Assembly (NCBI GenBank): GCA_047495785.1
Contig: JBLDXI010000003.1
Location: 2,480,001-2,544,000 of the forward strand
Reading direction: 5' to 3'
Origin: Lepidodermella squamata
Taxonomy: Eukaryota; Animalia; Gastrotricha
DNA: 64,000 nt
Shown here: one piece after another, positions 61,164-64,000 of the stretch
Layout: every line of letters starts with the position of its first letter
How positions within the stretch are numbered: position 1 is the first letter of the stretch
Program-made: the position numbers and the translations under genes
The notes under the pieces: generated by a model
Seen by the model: only the letters and a program-made list of their open reading frames with translations
Told to the model about the DNA's origin: nothing
Databases searched by the model: none

Positions 61164-62799
61164 ATGGCAATTTCAGACAACTCCTGGTGGTGCTGGTTCG
61201 TACTAGCCGGTACTTTCTACATCAGCTTCACAGTTGATGGCTACAACTTCGCATTCGGTATCCTGAAAGGCGACATCGAATCCGAACACAACAGTACAAC
61301 ATCGAAAGAGTCCGTTTCAATTATTGGGGGTCTAGTACCGGCACTTTATTGCCTTCTAGGTTTGAATTCAAGGCTAATCAACGGTTTCCTATTAGTGATT
61401 TCCTTTTTATTCCAGCTCCTGTGGCTTTTGCTTTGGTGGCTGTTTTCTCAGTACGAACCCTTACGATATGCGGAGCTCTACTGTCATCTTTCGGCTTCAT
61501 TCTGGCCTTCGCGAATACGTACATCGGCTGGGGATTCACTTTGGACGTGATTGCCCTGGGTGTGATTCAAGGCATAGCTTCAGCCCTTCTCTACGGACCC
61601 TCAATCAACCTGATCCCGTCGTACTTCCACCTCGACCGAAAAGCCTTGGCAACCGGAATCACAACTTGCGGATCCCCGGCTGGGGCGATCGCTTACGGCC
61701 GAATTATGCACTACCTCCTGGAACAGTTTGGCTGGCGAGGTTCTATGATTGTCTTCTCAGTCATGTCTGGACTGATCGTGGTAGCTGGTCTAACTTTTGT
61801 CCCGAAAAAACCCGATGCCCTGCTGCGGAAACCGCGAAAGATGCAGCGACATATTTCAATCATGTCCCAAGCTGAATTGAGCGAAGCTGCCCTGACAAAT
61901 GCTGACAAGAAACCGTCAACCGACGACATGATTAGTGACGGCAATCAAACCCCACCTGGTTCGAAACCCCTTCTCACCCCGTGCCCGAGCCAGATCGAGC
62001 AACCTGTTGCGCCAGAAGAGGATTTGTCAGTCTGCGAGCGACTCCGCAAAGAGTTCAAAAACATCTTCAACCTCGAACTTTTCACCGACTACGTCTTCAT
62101 CACCCTCTTAATCGCGATGGCCTTTTCTATCTTGGGATACTACGTTCCGACCCTTTTGGTAACTGCCCAGGCTGAAGATACGGAGAAGTACGGCGTGACG
62201 AAGGAAGTTAAGGAGCATTTGATCCTACTTTGGGGTATCGCGAACCTTGTCGGGCGTCTTTTCGTCGGTGGCGTAGCTGATCTTAGCCGTTACACGCGTT
62301 TCTGCTCATCTCTTTCCCTGTTCTGCATTGGTCTGATTGTTTCAGCTATTTGCCTACTCGTCTTCCCGCACGTCATGCACTACGGCAATCCGGCGTTCAT
62401 AACCTTCGTCGTTATCTACGGCTTCTTCTCCGCTCCTTTCATCACCCTGAGATCGACAGTCGTTCAGGATTTGTACTACGACCGTAAGCAACAGATTGCC
62501 AGTTCATTTGGCTGGACGCTTTGGGCTGAGGGCCTTGTCATAGTTGGCGAGTTCTACATAGCAAGTAAGTTCCGTGTGCCAAGTAAACTTTGGAGTTTTG
62601 GCTTAATTATTAAACTCTCGTTTAATTAGCATTTTTCAACTCGATTTCACCGCTGTGGGCCTATTTATTCGCCGCTGCGAGCTTCATTCTATCCGCCTGT
62701 TTCCTGGTCGTGTCGATCCGCCACTTTTTCAAAATGTATGATAGGAAGATCGCTGATATGATCCGCGAGCAACAACTACACCCGCACTGCATGCCGTGA
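61164..62799 (+). CDS. MFS monocarboxylate transporter (SLC16-like); exons 61164-61359, 61416-62564, 62630-62799
   Basis: DNSWWCW N-terminal motif, YF..RKALATGI..CGS, FGWRGS, GRLFVG..AD, ~12 TM segments. Confidence 0.9.
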
Positions 62800-63258
62800 A
62801 TAAATCTCCGCCGCTTTTTATACATATCTACGCTGTGCGATGCATCATGTCGGCTTCTGACTGTGTACTTCGTACTTTCACAAAAAACCCTTTTGGATAT
62901 GATCCGTTAAGCTGTATAACTCCGCTGTTCGCCAGCAGAATAAAACTCGATATAAACTGTGTCACGTAGAAAATAATCACGCAATCACCACGCACTTGGA
63001 AACGTGAAGAAAGCTAATTACAGAACCACGGCAAAGATGTACAAATCTTGAAAAATGCTGACATTTAAAATGGTGTCATGTCTATTTGAACACAGGATTG
63101 TGTATCGCCCAATGGCTATGCGTACACATCGAGTGTGCGTGATTGGCTACTTGAACACTGCGCGCGTTTAAATTTTACTATGTGTCACGCACAATTGTGT
63201 ACGCATAGCCATTGGGCGATACACTTTTCCCGTGTTCACATAGTCACATCCATTTAAA

Positions 63259-64000
63259 ATGATCTTATTTCTAATCTTCCTTTTAGGCACCATCGAGGCC
63301 ATGGCTAGAAAACCAAAAGATATCGCCATGTTGGTTATGATACCTTTCACCGGCGAAGCACCAAAGGCTGGTGTCGCCTGCAAATTGGCGACACAAATCG
63401 TCTTGGATGAGGTAAACTCACGCCAGGACATTTTACCTGATTATCACGTTATGGCAGATTATCGTGACGAGGGCCCCGGTTCCTTTCTGGCGTCTCGAAT
63501 AACGCTTGACTTCAAGAACAATGCCTCGATACTGCAGTCACCTATCGTCGTCGGTCCCTACTTCTCCCCGGGCTGCAAGGCTCTTGCAGGGTTTGTCCAT
63601 CAACTTGATCTTGTCCTAATGGCAGCTGGATGCGGTTCATCAGTTTTCACCGCGAATAGGAAGATATACCCCAATTTGTACCGCCTACGATCGAGCGCGG
63701 ATTTGATAGTTTATCCTCAGCTGCGATTCATCCGTGAGGTTGGTAAATGGAATCGGATAGCCATTTTATCTTACGTGGGAAATCAACTGGACTACACAAT
63801 AGCCAGTCTTCTTCAGAAGGAAGCGGCAGGCAAAAATGTTTCGACCACTTTTTTCGATATCGTCACCGACTTCGATGATTTAGCAATGAATTCTCTGAAG
63901 CAAAGTGATTCGAGAGTGATTGTTTTACAGGTCGCTGAGCCTCCACTCGTGCTGCGATTTTTGTGCCAGTCATTCAAGTTCGGATTGACGGGTCCAAAAT
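63259..64000 (+). CDS. Second GABA-B-like class C GPCR (Venus flytrap part), runs off the window end
   Basis: Open frame MILFLIFLLGTIEA...VNSRQDILPDY..DEGP..SPIVVGP..YPNLYRL..WNRIAIL..SRVIVL, colinear with 37632-39935. Confidence 0.82.
   Translation, partial: MILFLIFLLGTIEAMARKPKDIAMLVMIPFTGEAPKAGVACKLATQIVLDEVNSRQDILPDYHVMADYRDEGPGSFLASRITLDFKNNASILQSPIVVGPYFSPGCKALAGFVHQLDLVLMAAGCGSSVFTANRKIYPNLYRLRSSADLIVYPQLRFIREVGKWNRIAILSYVGNQLDYTIASLLQKEAAGKNVSTTFFDIVTDFDDLAMNSLKQSDSRVIVLQVAEPPLVLRFLCQSFKFGLTGPK

Overview
Compact, gene-dense invertebrate (metazoan) genomic DNA with mostly ~50-nt GT-AG introns; it is not prokaryotic and the ORF track splits or mis-frames most genes. The main signal is a dispersed family of small two-exon genes encoding secreted, Cys-free, extremely basic block proteins. 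Six intact members and one pseudogene are present. Intact members share a 46-nt signal-peptide exon and a phase-1 intron; five carry alternating (Ser-X)n strands ending in S-x-E plus Gly/Lys/Arg/aromatic blocks, reminiscent of underwater silk or cement proteins. One member has a 4.3-kb P-superfamily transposon (507-bp TIRs, 8-bp TSD) inserted at its probable transcription start, and another is nested antisense in an intron of an unusual signal peptide-Sushi-ankyrin gene. Mobile elements also include a CR1/L2-like LINE, a piggyBac element with an intron-containing transposase and a cargo gene (it interrupts one of two paralogs of an unrecognised protein family), MITEs and hammerhead ribozyme motifs. 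Other genes: two tandem STELLO/DUF288-like genes, a clan-3 cytochrome P450, a Ly6/uPAR protein, a Sushi x3 protein, two GABA-B-like class C GPCRs, a large PAN/discoidin/LamG/F-type lectin mosaic protein with split lectin domains, a micro-exon Cys-loop channel, an N-terminally shortened TRPN/NOMPC-like channel, a Kunitz protein and an SLC16-type transporter. All exon structures were inferred by eye and no database searches were run.
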